A stretch of DNA of 64,000 nucleotides from a bacterium (GTDB lineage: Bacteria; UBA8248). Positions 63,670 to 64,000 of this stretch are shown piece after piece (positions within the stretch are counted from its first letter, which is position 1; the number at the start of each line of letters is the position of its first letter). The notes beneath the pieces were generated by a model. The model saw nothing but the letters and a program-made list of their open reading frames with translations, ran no database searches and was not told where the DNA came from. A program made the translations under genes and the position numbers. The stretch spans positions 1,773,690 to 1,837,689 of the forward strand of contig OY843592.1 of assembly GCA_963692865.2 (NCBI GenBank). Reading direction: 5' to 3'.

Positions 63670-64000
63670 CAGAAGGTCTCCGCGCGCGCGCGGTTCTTGA
63701 CGATGAGATACAGGAAAAACGGCCCGCCGATGCCCGCGGAGAGGACGCCCAGGCGTATCTCGCCCGCCGGCGCGAGCGTTCGCGCGAGCAGGTCCATCCC
63801 CATCACGAAAACCGCGCCCGCCGCCACGCTCAAGTACAGGAGTCTCCTGTGGTCCGGCCCGGCCAGCATCCGCACGATGTGGGGGACGAGCAGGCCCACG
63901 AAGCCGACCACGCCCGCCACGGCCACGGACGCTCCCGCCGCCGCCGCCGCGACCACGAGTATCCACGCCTTCGTCCGCTTCGTGTTCACGCCGAGCGCCA
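63669..64000 (-). CDS. FecCD-family ABC transporter permease (N-terminus outside window)
   Basis: ..GFVGLLVPHIVRMLAGPDHRRLL.. and ..GVLSAGIGGPFFLYL.. are C-terminal FecCD/BtuC motifs. The frame is open to the window edge. Confidence 0.75.
   Translation of the reverse strand, partial: ALGVNTKRTKAWILVVAAAAAGASVAVAGVVGFVGLLVPHIVRMLAGPDHRRLLYLSVAAGAVFVMGMDLLARTLAPAGEIRLGVLSAGIGGPFFLYLIVKNRARAETF

Overview
High-GC bacterial chromosome segment. The organism is probably a diderm, Proteobacteria-like, because the window carries an autotransporter, a TonB-domain protein and lipobox lipoproteins. All product calls come from motif and architecture recognition in the ORF-track translations; no database search or numerical computation was run.

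Gene content:
- About 55 credible genes, mostly metabolic and transport.
- Enzymes: gamma-glutamyltransferase; four luciferase-like (LLM) oxidoreductases; two UbiD-family decarboxylases; a CoA-transferase A/B pair; M20, M24 and M28 peptidases; a three-subunit xanthine-dehydrogenase-family molybdoenzyme plus an FAD flavoprotein.
- Transport: a TAXI-type TRAP transporter, a Liv-type ABC transporter, and a TonB/FecCD-type uptake operon.
- Also a LysR regulator and one tRNA-Ala(GGC).

Mobile and repeated DNA:
- Two 100% identical, same-orientation copies of a 1473-bp IS110-family (IS1111-like) element lie at 6486-7958 and 50295-51767.
- Almost every intergenic region is filled with a mosaic of hairpin-forming REP/MITE-like repeats.

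Most interesting observations:
1. The IS element has a 314-nt 3' non-coding end that is a candidate bridge/seek RNA. Both copies sit in similar target contexts, and one copy lies inside a REP hairpin.
2. An AhpD/carboxymuconolactone-decarboxylase gene is split in the ORF track by an in-frame UGA at the second Cys of its CxxC motif. A SECIS-like stem-loop follows directly, so this is a likely selenoprotein.
3. A TbpB/fHbp-like surface lipoprotein locus has two tandem 12-codon KPPP uORFs in its leader.
4. The same locus has a ~105-nt 3'UTR hairpin that keeps its pairing through compensatory substitutions between two paralogous copies. That hairpin carries a 12-13-nt stretch complementary to the uORF and gene ribosome-binding regions.
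5. A visibly lower-GC two-gene module encodes a small unknown protein and a VapC-like PIN protein.

No CRISPR array, cas genes, rRNA or prophage were seen.
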